The notes beneath the pieces are model-generated. The model made no database searches, was not told the DNA's origin, and saw only the letters and a list, made by a program, of their open reading frames with translations. DNA of 64,000 bases, from contig JBDRCO010000049.1 of the NCBI GenBank assembly GCA_043821645.1, positions 1 to 64,000 on the forward strand. The letters run 5' to 3'. Made by a program: the position numbers and the translations under genes. Every line of letters begins with the position of its first letter. The first letter of the stretch is position 1. Of this stretch, positions 39,252 to 48,623 are shown piece after piece. Source of the DNA: Pseudomonadota bacterium. Lineage in GTDB: Bacteria; Myxococcota; JACRCW01; JAFGSX01.

Positions 39252-40678
39252 GGTCACCCTTGACAGGCCGGACCTGGCTGCTCGCGTTGCTGGTCACGGT
39301 CGCGACGGGCGCCCTGGCATGCCACACCGCGGCCCCTCGATCAGGCGCCACGCGGGATGCCTACCCCCGCTACGGCGTGCAGCAGCTCGAGCTGGTGGTG
39401 CTCGCGGTGAGCGGGCCAGAAGTGGGTTCCGACGACAAGATGCAGCTGAACCGAGCGCCGCCTCCGCTGCTGCATCGCGAGGCGCTCATCGAACCCGCGG
39501 TGCCGCAGGCTGCGGAACTGTCCCGTGCCTACGCCAGCTCCCTGGCCTCGGATCTGGTGCAGGCAGGCTTCGAGGTGCGGGTGGTCAAGGCCGGGCGGAC
39601 GCTGTCCGAGCAGCTGGCCCGGGCGCGCGAGAGGGGAGCCGACGCGGTCCTGCTGGTGCGCTACCGCTGGGTGGACCAGATCATTCTGGGGCGCACGCTG
39701 CGCGTCCGCGTGCCCGTGCACCAGGGGCGCTCCGACACCCGCGCACTCACCAGTTCCGAGCTGGAGGTGGATGCTCCCGAACAGCACGCCGCCCTGCTGT
39801 TGCTGTCCGCGGTCCAGCTCGTCGACGCTGCGAGTGGTCTGCTTCTGTTTCGTGGTCCCGATCTCGACCTGGAGCCCGGGGATGTCGTGCGACCCGGGAG
39901 TTCCGTCTTGTCCTGGGGCCTGGTGGCTGAGCAGGACGAGGTCACGACCCTGGATGGCGTGGAGGCCGCGCGTCGGGCTGCGTCCCTGGCCGTGGGCGGG
40001 CTCCGCCCCAGCCCCTGGCGCCGAGGGGTGGACGAGAACAGGGCGCGTGAGCTGGCGCAGCTCGAGCCTGTCGAATCTCGCATGGCCTGGAATCCAGCTC
40101 TGGTGCTGGGCCTGGGTCTCGTGCGCTTCCCGGTAGCTGTGGACCTGGGGCCGGCAACCGCGACCCTCGACGCAAACACCCTGCGTAAGCAGATCCTGGT
40201 GGCGGATCAGCCAGTGCAGAGTCTCGCCCTGGGCGGTGGATTCGAGCTGGGCTTCCGCGACGAACGCCTGCTTGCCCTGGCTCTGCTTCGGGAGAGCTAT
40301 GTGCCCGTTGCCTCGGCGCGGACCTACGTACGCACCGACGAGGATACGGCGCGCGCCTTCAGGATCCGGGTGGGGCCCCTGCACGACCTGTCGCTGGATC
40401 TGATGGCGGGCCAGCAGCGTCTGCTCGCACCCTGGCTCGGGTTGCGTGCTGCCGCCGGACCCTCGTTTCACCTGCACCTGATCGAGGGATCTGTGCCTCC
40501 GGGCACCACCCTCGGCGATCTCAACCTCGCCCTGGGTGGGGCGGCCATGGTCGAGCCCTTCGTGGTGCTGGGAGCCTTCGAGCTGGGTCTGCGGCTGCAA
40601 TCCGGTGTGGCCTACGACCTGGCCGGCGGTGTGCTGGGGAGTGGTATGCTGCTGTTGCGTGCAGGGTTGAGCTGGTAG
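39248..40678 (+). CDS. Lipoprotein with probable C-terminal outer-membrane beta-barrel
   Basis: GTGA overlap, lipobox ALAC, amphipathic strands ending LRAGLSW. Confidence 0.65.
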   Translation: MRSPLTGRTWLLALLVTVATGALACHTAAPRSGATRDAYPRYGVQQLELVVLAVSGPEVGSDDKMQLNRAPPPLLHREALIEPAVPQAAELSRAYASSLASDLVQAGFEVRVVKAGRTLSEQLARARERGADAVLLVRYRWVDQIILGRTLRVRVPVHQGRSDTRALTSSELEVDAPEQHAALLLLSAVQLVDAASGLLLFRGPDLDLEPGDVVRPGSSVLSWGLVAEQDEVTTLDGVEAARRAASLAVGGLRPSPWRRGVDENRARELAQLEPVESRMAWNPALVLGLGLVRFPVAVDLGPATATLDANTLRKQILVADQPVQSLALGGGFELGFRDERLLALALLRESYVPVASARTYVRTDEDTARAFRIRVGPLHDLSLDLMAGQQRLLAPWLGLRAAAGPSFHLHLIEGSVPPGTTLGDLNLALGGAAMVEPFVVLGAFELGLRLQSGVAYDLAGGVLGSGMLLLRAGLSW

Positions 40679-40706
40679 GTCCTCACTGTTCGAGGGGAGG
40701 GCTCCT

Positions 40707-41768
40707 TCACGGATACCAGACGATCCGTTCCGACAGGCTCACGCTGGGAGGGGTGAGCACCGCGGGCGAAGCCTCGAGGGTCTCCACGCGCAGGGTGCAG
40801 TCCCGGGAGTACAGGTGCACGTACAGGGGCACACCCACGCTGGCCTGCAGCGTGGCATCGGCGGTGACCACGTCGTCGACGGAGAAGCGCACGCGATCAC
40901 CCAGCAGCATCACGCCGTAGCGGTGCGGGCTACCGTCGGAGAAGAAGGCGTCGCCCACCTCCTCGACGGGGGACATGGATCCGGCCTGCACCTCGTGTTT
41001 GACCTCGGTGGTGCCGGTGCTGGTGAACAGGGCGTAGGGTGGGGTCAGGCTCTGAGGCTGAGCGCCCGCGCTGAGACCGATGCCCCAGTCCAGACATTCC
41101 GCCCCGGCCAGCTGGGCGTCGACACGCACGACACTGCCCTCGAAGGTGGTCTGGGTGACCAGCCAGGCGCCGGGTCTGAGGAGGGCCTGATTGCCGTTGA
41201 GGTCCACCGTGCCGTCGACGCGGAAATTCTCGGTGGAGAGCTCGGTTGCGGTGAAGGGCTCCAAAAAGGAAAAGACCTCCGCAGGATCGCTGTACACCGG
41301 GGCCAGGCTGGAGTCGCCGCCGACGTAGAGCCACAGGGAGCCCAGGGTCGTGCCTGGTGCAATGTCCGCCGGGAAGCGAAACACAAAAGCATAGGCCTCA
41401 CCGCGCGGATCGCGCATGGCCACCGCGCGGGTCTGCTCTCCTCCGGGCGCGGCGAGGATCAGGGCCGGACCGAAGCCCGTCTGCTCGACGGTGAGTGCGC
41501 CCTGAGGGCCCACCAGCAGCTCGCCCAGAGCCGCGGCGGGCACCGCGCTGTCGCCGGTGTTGCGGACCAGAACCTGGTACCGGGCCGTGTATTGCTCGTT
41601 CCACCAGCCTGGTGGCGCACAGTATCCCACCTGGCAGTGCCAGCCAGGCTTGCACGCCTTGTCGTCGACACAGCTCGCATAGCCCTGGTCCTGAATGCCA
41701 GGCGCGAACAGACAGTGCGCGCTGCCCAGGGAGAGCAGGGCGGCGAGGCAGCGTGCGATCCGGGTCAC
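40707..41768 (-). CDS. Putative lipoprotein, DUF2341-like plus lectin-like beta-sandwich
   Basis: SAHC, small Cys motif, GWWNEQYTARYQVLVRN, WLYVGG...VFSFLEPF. Confidence 0.65.
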   Translation of the reverse strand: MTRIARCLAALLSLGSAHCLFAPGIQDQGYASCVDDKACKPGWHCQVGYCAPPGWWNEQYTARYQVLVRNTGDSAVPAAALGELLVGPQGALTVEQTGFGPALILAAPGGEQTRAVAMRDPRGEAYAFVFRFPADIAPGTTLGSLWLYVGGDSSLAPVYSDPAEVFSFLEPFTATELSTENFRVDGTVDLNGNQALLRPGAWLVTQTTFEGSVVRVDAQLAGAECLDWGIGLSAGAQPQSLTPPYALFTSTGTTEVKHEVQAGSMSPVEEVGDAFFSDGSPHRYGVMLLGDRVRFSVDDVVTADATLQASVGVPLYVHLYSRDCTLRVETLEASPAVLTPPSVSLSERIVWYP

Positions 41769-42991
41769 AGGTCCCCCTCCGGCAGTGCGTCGCCATCCGG
41801 CAGCTCGGGCCCCCCCGCAGCGGGAGGGGGTTCGAGGTCCTCAGGTGGTGCCAGGGATGGCGGCTGCTCGGTCTCGGGCTCGCTGCGGTTCTCGGGCGGG
41901 GCGGTGACCGTGTTGTCCCACTCCTCGACCTCGACAGCAGGCTGTGGCGGCCCAGGTGCCGGTGCTGGCTCGGCGCCGGGCACCAGGATGTCCCACAATC
42001 CCAGGGTGGTGCCCGCGGCTGTGGTGACGAGGCCCGCGCCGTAGAGCACGTTGGCCAGTACCGAGAACAGCCGACCCTGCTCGACCAGCTGCTGGTCGCG
42101 AGGGAACACCAGCACCTGGCCACTGGCGCGGCGCTCCACCTCGGCCGACTGCAGCAGCACCATCACGCCGCTGGCGATGCCTGCGATGACCAGGGCGCCA
42201 CCCGCGCCGGTGATCACCCAGGACCAGGGTCCCAGGCCCGGCCGCCAGGGACCTGGTGGTAACTCCGCCTTCTCCAGTTCCTGGATCTCCTCAGCGCTGA
42301 CGTCGGTGCGCCGCAACAAGGCAGCCTGCACCGTGGATTCCTGTGCAAAGCGCACCTCGACGACCTGCTCGTAGGGCTCATAGCCCACACGGTCCACGGT
42401 CACCGTGCGCGTGCCCTCGCGGATACCGTCGAGCGCACTGGTCAGAGGTGTGCTCCCCAGGGTCCGTCCGTCGACACGAACCCGCGCGCCATCCACGTTG
42501 CAGGTCACGCGCAGCGAGCCGGTCAGCCGCTCGGGGGTCAGGGTCCCCAGCACCGCGCGGTGCACACCCGCACGCAGGCCGTCGTCACCACCGCGCAGCG
42601 GTTCCAGCACCTCTCGCCGCTCACTCGCCCGTGCCACGTCGAGCAAGCGCAGGTGCAGCTCCAGGCCGTCGTTGCTCCGATTCATGCGGCCAAACAGCGC
42701 CAGGTCGGCTCCCCGCTTGTCCGCAGCGCGTGCCAGGCAGGCGGGTTCCTGGTGCCGACACTTCTTGAGCAGGGCCTTGACCCGGGCGTTGACGGGGAGC
42801 ACGCGAAAGCCGTCGAGGGCAGCTATCTCGTCCTCGATCAGGGCGGTCACACCCTCGGCCACCTTGTGCTCGACCTGGTCCGAGATCAGGGGCAGCACCA
42901 CCACGGCCACGTCGTCGGCCGCTCTGGAGGCTGGGGAGACGGCCAGGCCCAGCATGAGCGCGGCACCCGCTGACAGCAGTCCCCGTATCAT
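41765..42991 (-). CDS. PEGA domain protein
   Basis: Signal peptide, GSLRVTCNVDGARVRVDG..LGSTPL..GTRTVTVDRVGY, C-terminal hydrophobic hairpin and Pro/Glu tail. Confidence 0.85.
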   Translation of the reverse strand: MIRGLLSAGAALMLGLAVSPASRAADDVAVVVLPLISDQVEHKVAEGVTALIEDEIAALDGFRVLPVNARVKALLKKCRHQEPACLARAADKRGADLALFGRMNRSNDGLELHLRLLDVARASERREVLEPLRGGDDGLRAGVHRAVLGTLTPERLTGSLRVTCNVDGARVRVDGRTLGSTPLTSALDGIREGTRTVTVDRVGYEPYEQVVEVRFAQESTVQAALLRRTDVSAEEIQELEKAELPPGPWRPGLGPWSWVITGAGGALVIAGIASGVMVLLQSAEVERRASGQVLVFPRDQQLVEQGRLFSVLANVLYGAGLVTTAAGTTLGLWDILVPGAEPAPAPGPPQPAVEVEEWDNTVTAPPENRSEPETEQPPSLAPPEDLEPPPAAGGPELPDGDALPEGDL

Positions 42992-43839
42992 CGTGCAGCG
43001 ACCTCTTGGGCGATGTCGGGGCGCGTCCGGGTCCTGGCATCGCGAGAGGGGCTGACGTACCACAGGAGCACGCCGCCCGCGACCATGGACAGCAGGGCCA
43101 GAGCCTGTGAACTCGAGAACAGCCCATCGAACCACACGCCACGCTCGAGGTCGCCACGCCAGAACTCCAGCGCAAAACGGATGCCGCCGCTGAGGACGAG
43201 GAATCGCGCGCTGCTGAGGCCTGCATGCGCGAGGCCACGACGCTGCAGCAGCAGCGTGACGCCGAGTCCCAGATCCAGGACGGCTTCGTAGAGTTGGGTC
43301 GGGTGCACGGGACCTAGCCCGGCACCCGGGCCTGCCCCGAAGCTCACTGCCCAGGGCAGATCCGTTGCGGCACCGTGACAGCATCCCGCAAGGAAACAGC
43401 CGAGGCGGCCAGTAGCCATGCCAAAAGGAAGCACCAGCACCAGCAGGTCCGCGAGGGGCCACAGGGGTTGGCGCAGGGCCCGCGCCAGCAGGACCACGCC
43501 AAGCGCCGCAAGCAGCAGACCCGGGTACCAGACGTAGCCTCCGTCGAGCAGGTGGGTCCAGTGCCAGGGATCGGCGGCCAGGAGATCGCCCACACCCGTC
43601 GTGACGCGACCATCGTCGAGGAGGTGGCCCGGGGCCTCGAGCAGGCAGTGGCCGAGCTTGGCGCCAAGCACGCCGAACACGGCGGCAAGCGCGCAGAACA
43701 GGCCCAGTCTGCGCCGGGAGAGGTCGATCCGGTCTCTCAACCAGAAGGCCAGGCCGCAGGATAGCGCCATGGCGAGCACCAGCAGGACGTGCCAGCTGGA
43801 CGCGGCGTGATCTCCAAAGCTCAGCAAGACCGGATACAT
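42988..43839 (-). CDS. lgt: Prolipoprotein diacylglyceryl transferase
   Basis: MYPVL, GAKL, GRLGCFLAGCCHG, HPTQLYE, RFALEFWRGD. Confidence 0.9.
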   Translation of the reverse strand: MYPVLLSFGDHAASSWHVLLVLAMALSCGLAFWLRDRIDLSRRRLGLFCALAAVFGVLGAKLGHCLLEAPGHLLDDGRVTTGVGDLLAADPWHWTHLLDGGYVWYPGLLLAALGVVLLARALRQPLWPLADLLVLVLPFGMATGRLGCFLAGCCHGAATDLPWAVSFGAGPGAGLGPVHPTQLYEAVLDLGLGVTLLLQRRGLAHAGLSSARFLVLSGGIRFALEFWRGDLERGVWFDGLFSSSQALALLSMVAGGVLLWYVSPSRDARTRTRPDIAQEVAAR

Positions 43840-43998
43840 GAAGCAAGGGTAGGAGAGCGCCGACGCACTCGCAAGCCGCGCGCCATGGGGCAGCGTGCAA
43901 TACATCCGCGACAGCCATGCAGCGCCGATAATAGTGTTCTGTGGCTGGTGCGCGATATATGAGAGGGCGGGGTGCGGGGGCCAGGAGCGAGCACCATC

Positions 43999-44892
43999 TT
44001 GAAAAGAAGCGATCCGAGCCTGGAACCCCTATCTCGCCGCGCAACCTGGGCACTGATCCTGGGGCCGGTGGCGATTCTGCTCGCTGGCCTGCTCGCCGTT
44101 TACGCGATCTCTGGTCCCGCAGCCGTGGCCTTCGTGTTTGGCATGGCGAGTGTGTCCGTGCTGACCGGTGCCGGAAAGTTCGTTGTGTTGGCCGCGTTGA
44201 CTCCGGGCGCGCCCGTGGGTCCTCTTGGACTGGCGCTCCTGGTCATTGCCATGGACACCACGGCGGCCTTCATGCTGGTGCCCATCATGCCCCTGGTCTA
44301 CCGGGCACCGGTGGTGGGCAAGTACCTGAACCAGGTGCGGCAGGCCAGCCGCGAGGTGCTCAAGCGCAACCGCTGGATGCGTCGTTTCACCTTTGGTGGA
44401 CTGGTTGCCTATGTGGCCGTGCCTTTCGGTGGCACCGGAGCCGTGGGAGCGGTCTTCCTCGGGCGCCTGCTCGGGCTTGGTCGTGTACCCATCATCGCGG
44501 GGACCTTCATCGGCGCGGTCATCGGGGCGCTGTCGATCTTCGGTGTGGCGGCCCTTGGCGAGGAGTATGTCGACGCGCTGCGGGACAATCCCTACATCGC
44601 CCTCGGCGCCCTCGCGGTCGTGCTGCTGGCGGGCGGTCTGCTGCTGTGGCGCTTCCTGCGCGTGCTGCGCAGTGGTGGCTCCGCTCGCAGCGAGCGCATG
44701 GGCTCGCCCTCTCGACTCTCGACAGAAGTCCCCGGCAGCGCCAGAGCTACGACCGGCGGCAATGGCAACGGCAATGGCCACGGGCGGACAGGGCAGAGCG
44801 AGGCCCCGGCGACCAAGCGCGAGGCCCGCTCCCCAGTTCTGGCGGTGATGGATGTGCGCGAGCCGCCCACGGATCGGGGCGCGCTGCAGTAA
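43999..44892 (+). CDS. Putative small multidrug export family (COG2426-like) membrane protein
   Basis: Multiple TM helices; VAVPFGGTGAVGAVFLGRLLGL; AGGAG before TTG 43999. Confidence 0.72.
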   Translation: MKRSDPSLEPLSRRATWALILGPVAILLAGLLAVYAISGPAAVAFVFGMASVSVLTGAGKFVVLAALTPGAPVGPLGLALLVIAMDTTAAFMLVPIMPLVYRAPVVGKYLNQVRQASREVLKRNRWMRRFTFGGLVAYVAVPFGGTGAVGAVFLGRLLGLGRVPIIAGTFIGAVIGALSIFGVAALGEEYVDALRDNPYIALGALAVVLLAGGLLLWRFLRVLRSGGSARSERMGSPSRLSTEVPGSARATTGGNGNGNGHGRTGQSEAPATKREARSPVLAVMDVREPPTDRGALQ

Positions 44893-44898
44893 TACGAT

Positions 44899-45864
44899 CT
44901 AGCCCCGGGCCTTCTTGATCTCCTCGACCAGCTCGGGCACGGCCTTGAACAGGTCGGCCACCAGGCCGTAGTCGGCGACGCTGAAGATCGGCGCCTCCTC
45001 GTCCTTGTTGATGGCCACGATCACCTTCGAGCCCTTCATGCCGGCCACGTGCTGGATGGCGCCGGAAAGACCCACTGCGAAGTACAGGTCGGGTGCCACC
45101 ACCTTGCCTGTCTGTCCCACCTGCAGGTCGTTGGACAGCCAGCCCGCGTCGACCACCGCGCGGGTGGCGCCGATGGCGGCCTTGAACAGGTCGGCCAGGG
45201 GCTCGAGCAAGTTCTTGAATCCCTCAGGTCCCTTGAGTCCGCGGCCACCCGAAACCACGCAGTTGGCCTCGCTCAGGTCCGGTCGCTCGCTCTTGACCTC
45301 GTCAAAGCGCACGAAGCGCATCTTGCTTGTGCCGGGATCCGCGGCAAAGGCCTGCACTTCGGCAGCGCCGGCCGCAGGTTCGGCGGGCGCGAACTCGGTG
45401 CCGCGCACGCTCACCACCTGCACGGCGGTGGTCAGCTCGACAGTGCCAATGACGCTGCCGGCCCACATCGGCCGCTTGTAGGTCTTGGCGTCGACGATCT
45501 GCACGATGTCCGAGGCCATGGCCGCGTCGAGGCGGGCAGCCACGCGGGGCAGCAGATCTTTGCCGGTGGCGGTCGCCGGGCCCACGATGTGGCTCGCTCC
45601 AACACTCTTGGCGATGTCGGCCACCACCTTGGCAAAGGGCTGGGCCAGGTAGTGCGCCAGGCCCTCATGCTCGGCAGTGTGGATCTTGGACGGGCCAAAG
45701 GTCTTGGCCTCCTCGACGGCCTTGGGGGCGCCCGCCCCCAGGATGGCGAACTGCACCTCACCACCCGCATGCTTGGCGAGCTCGCGGGCGGCGCTGATGG
45801 CAGGGCGATTGGTCTTCTTGAACACACCGCTGGCATGCTCGATGACGACGAGAATAGTTCCCAT
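44899..45864 (-). CDS. etfA: Electron transfer flavoprotein alpha subunit
   Basis: [37 protein letters not shown]. Confidence 0.97.
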   Translation of the reverse strand: MGTILVVIEHASGVFKKTNRPAISAARELAKHAGGEVQFAILGAGAPKAVEEAKTFGPSKIHTAEHEGLAHYLAQPFAKVVADIAKSVGASHIVGPATATGKDLLPRVAARLDAAMASDIVQIVDAKTYKRPMWAGSVIGTVELTTAVQVVSVRGTEFAPAEPAAGAAEVQAFAADPGTSKMRFVRFDEVKSERPDLSEANCVVSGGRGLKGPEGFKNLLEPLADLFKAAIGATRAVVDAGWLSNDLQVGQTGKVVAPDLYFAVGLSGAIQHVAGMKGSKVIVAINKDEEAPIFSVADYGLVADLFKAVPELVEEIKKARG

Positions 45865-45945
45865 GCTAGCCTCTGCAGGGACCCGCGGGTCCCGGTGCGC
45901 GTGCGCGACGAGCCCGGGGCCCGGCGCACGCGGTGAAGGTCCGTG

Positions 45946-46689
45946 TTACAGCGCCTTGGCCTCGTCCCGGAGCTTCTGCACCAGGGTCGCAACGTCGGGC
46001 ACGCGCACGCCGGCCTTGCGCGTCGGCGGCTCCTCGAAACCCTTGATCACGATGCGCGGCGTCACGTCGACGCCGAGAGCTGCCGGGGTGGTCTCCTCGA
46101 GGGGCTTCTTCTTTGCCTTCATGATGCCGGGCAGCGAGGCGTAGCGAGGCTCGTTGAGGCGCAGGTCCGCGGTGATGACCGCGGGCAGGTCCAGCTCGAC
46201 CACGTCGACGCCGCCATCGGCCTCACGCTCGACCGTGGCCTTGGCGCCCGCGACCTCGACCTTGCTGGCAAAACAGGCCTGGCCCCAGCCCAGGCTCTCG
46301 GCCACCAGCTGGCCCACCTGCGCCGAGTCGTCGTCGATGGCCTGCTTGCCCAGGAGCACCAGATCGGGGCTTTCCTTCTCGATGATCTTGAGAATCACCC
46401 GCGCCACAGCGGCCGGATCCAGGCCCACGGCCTCGACCAGGATGCCGCGGTCGCCGCCCATGGCCAGGGCTGCGCGGATCTGCTGGGTGGCGTCCTTGGG
46501 GCCGATGGACAGCACCACCACCTCGCCGCTGGCCTTCTCCTTGATCCGCAGCGCCTCCTCGACGGCAATCTCGTCGAAGGGGTTGGGGATCATCTTGATG
46601 CCGTCGGTGACGATGCCCGTCTTGTCGGGCTTGACCTTGATCTTGGCCTCGTAGTCCGTGACCTGCTTGACGGTGACGAGTATCTTCAC
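45946..46689 (-). CDS. etfB: Electron transfer flavoprotein beta subunit
   Basis: KILVTVKQV, NPFDEIAVEEA, GKQAIDDD, LNEPRYASLPGIMKAKKK; AGGAGG RBS. Confidence 0.97.
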   Translation of the reverse strand: MKILVTVKQVTDYEAKIKVKPDKTGIVTDGIKMIPNPFDEIAVEEALRIKEKASGEVVVLSIGPKDATQQIRAALAMGGDRGILVEAVGLDPAAVARVILKIIEKESPDLVLLGKQAIDDDSAQVGQLVAESLGWGQACFASKVEVAGAKATVEREADGGVDVVELDLPAVITADLRLNEPRYASLPGIMKAKKKPLEETTPAALGVDVTPRIVIKGFEEPPTRKAGVRVPDVATLVQKLRDEAKAL

Positions 46690-46911
46690 GCTCTCCTCCT
46701 GGTTCGCGGGGCTCCGGAGTTCATGCACTCTGCAAGACCCGGCGGCTATGGTGCGGACGGGCGGACCCGCCTGGAAGGCGATTCTGGCGTCGCGCCGGAT
46801 GATGAGGTGCGCGCCCGATCGCCGAGCCGCGCCGAGTAAATCGAGGCCAACGCGGGGTGTCAAGCTGGCTGACGCTCTGCGTTATGGGGCCTCGGCAGTC
46901 CGCTTTTGGTC

Positions 46912-47601
46912 CTAGAAGGGCAGGTCCAGGGCCGAGGTCAGGAAACGCGTCAGGGGCGCGCAGGCCTTGAACGTCGCGGCCACCTCGTCGAGGAACCCAG
47001 GCTGGCAGGCCTGCTTCTCACTGAAGCCGGCGTGGGCAAAGAAATCCTTGCGCTTGAGGTCGTCGATCAGGGGGTGATCCGGGTCCACGCCGCGCGGCGG
47101 CCGCTTGAGGCTGTCTCCGCCGAGTTCCAGAGTGCGCGTGAAGGCAGCGCTGCGGGTGATCTTTTTCCACTCGGCAGGCCTGGCCTCGATGGCGCCGCGA
47201 ATGGCGGCCAGCGCCTGGCCATCGGGGTGGTAAATGCCGGCTCCCGCAAACACGCTGCCTGGCTCCAGGTGCAGGTAGAACCCTGGCGCGTGCACGTCGC
47301 GACCCGCCTGGTGCCTGAACTGCATCCCGACATGGGTCTTGTACGGGCGCTTGTCCTTGCCAAAGCGCGTATCGCGGTGAATGCGGAACATCGAACCACC
47401 CTGGGGCCTGGCGTCGGCCACGAAGGCCTTGCTGATGCGCGCCAGGCGCGGCGCGAAATCCTCGATGAAGCGCAGGGTGGGATCCCGCAGGTCCCGCAGG
47501 TAGCGCTCCTTGTTGGCTTCGAACCAGGGGCGCTCGTTGCTGACCTCGAGCTCGCGCAAGAAGGCAAAAAGTTTCGGGGTAAAAAAACTCTGACCTGGCA
47601 T
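46912..47601 (-). CDS. DUF2461/TIGR02453 family protein
   Basis: NERPWFEANKERY, FRIHRDTRFGKDKRPYKTH, PGFYLHLEPG. Confidence 0.9.
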   Translation of the reverse strand: MPGQSFFTPKLFAFLRELEVSNERPWFEANKERYLRDLRDPTLRFIEDFAPRLARISKAFVADARPQGGSMFRIHRDTRFGKDKRPYKTHVGMQFRHQAGRDVHAPGFYLHLEPGSVFAGAGIYHPDGQALAAIRGAIEARPAEWKKITRSAAFTRTLELGGDSLKRPPRGVDPDHPLIDDLKRKDFFAHAGFSEKQACQPGFLDEVAATFKACAPLTRFLTSALDLPF

Positions 47602-47777
47602 GGCTTCCTCGTCGACAGTTCCGGCAGCAGGTGATGCTTCCATCTAAATTTGCGGCGCACATCTCGCAAGTCCCGGCACGCGATTCGGGATACCCACCTT
47701 GACAAGTCAGGGACCCCTTCGCTAGCTATCAGCTCCCCAAGTCGGATCCAGCTGTCTGGGTCCCCAGTGCAGGTTCG

Positions 47778-48623
47778 ATGTCACAGGATTCCGCGGCGGC
47801 GGCCGCACGTACCGCCATCGAGAAGCGACGCGTGGATCTCGACGCGCTCCCGGCGGAACTGCGCATGGCATTTCGCGAGGATCCCGCCGTGGCCATGGCC
47901 CTGCGTGCGCGCGAGCTGGATGTCGAGAATGCGCCCGAGCCCACGGCCCAGGGCACACAGATCTGCGCATTCTTCGACATCGACGGCACCTTGATCCACG
48001 GCTCGATCGTCGGTCACCTGGTGCGGCAGGCTCTTGCCGACGGGCGCATCGGACTCTTCTCCATCGTCATTTTTGGGATCTTTTTGCTGCTGTACAAGGT
48101 CAACCTGATCCCACGGCGGCGCATGTATCGCTGGGGCTACGGACTGGGCGCCGGGCTGTCTCTGGCCGAATCCACCGACTTCGTGCGGCGGACCATCGAC
48201 GAGCGCATCCTGACAGAGGTGTTCGCCGGCGCGCGCGAACTCATCGAACGGCACCGTAGCCAGGGACACCGCCTGGTCGCCGTCACCGGAGCGCCCGACT
48301 ATGCCGCGGCGCACGTGGCGAACGCCCTTGGTTTCGACGATGTCCTGGCGACACCCACACCCATCGAGGGCGCGAGCCTGGGCCGTGAGCTGGCTGGACC
48401 GCTGTGTTACGGTGACGGCAAGATTCCCTACGTCCACGCCTATGCTGCCAAGCACGGCGTGGATCTTGTCTCCAGCACCTTTTACAGCGACAGCCGCTCG
48501 GATCTGCCCCTGCTTGATCGCATCGGCCATCCGGTGTGTGTGAATCCGCAGCTCCTGCTCAGGCTGGTGGCCTGGCGCCGCGGCTGGCCCATCCTCACCT
48601 TGCACCGGGGAGAACGACGATGA
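47778..48623 (+). CDS. HAD-IB family hydrolase (SerB-like)
   Basis: FFDIDGTL, VTGA, GK, YSDSRSDLPLL; TTGACA at 47699-47704 upstream. Confidence 0.9.
   Translation: MSQDSAAAAARTAIEKRRVDLDALPAELRMAFREDPAVAMALRARELDVENAPEPTAQGTQICAFFDIDGTLIHGSIVGHLVRQALADGRIGLFSIVIFGIFLLLYKVNLIPRRRMYRWGYGLGAGLSLAESTDFVRRTIDERILTEVFAGARELIERHRSQGHRLVAVTGAPDYAAAHVANALGFDDVLATPTPIEGASLGRELAGPLCYGDGKIPYVHAYAAKHGVDLVSSTFYSDSRSDLPLLDRIGHPVCVNPQLLLRLVAWRRGWPILTLHRGERR

Noticed and set aside
41765-44053. 762-aa ORF suggesting an lgt-PEGA fusion
   Set aside because: The upstream part is off-frame over lgt; a signal peptide starts at ATG 42991.
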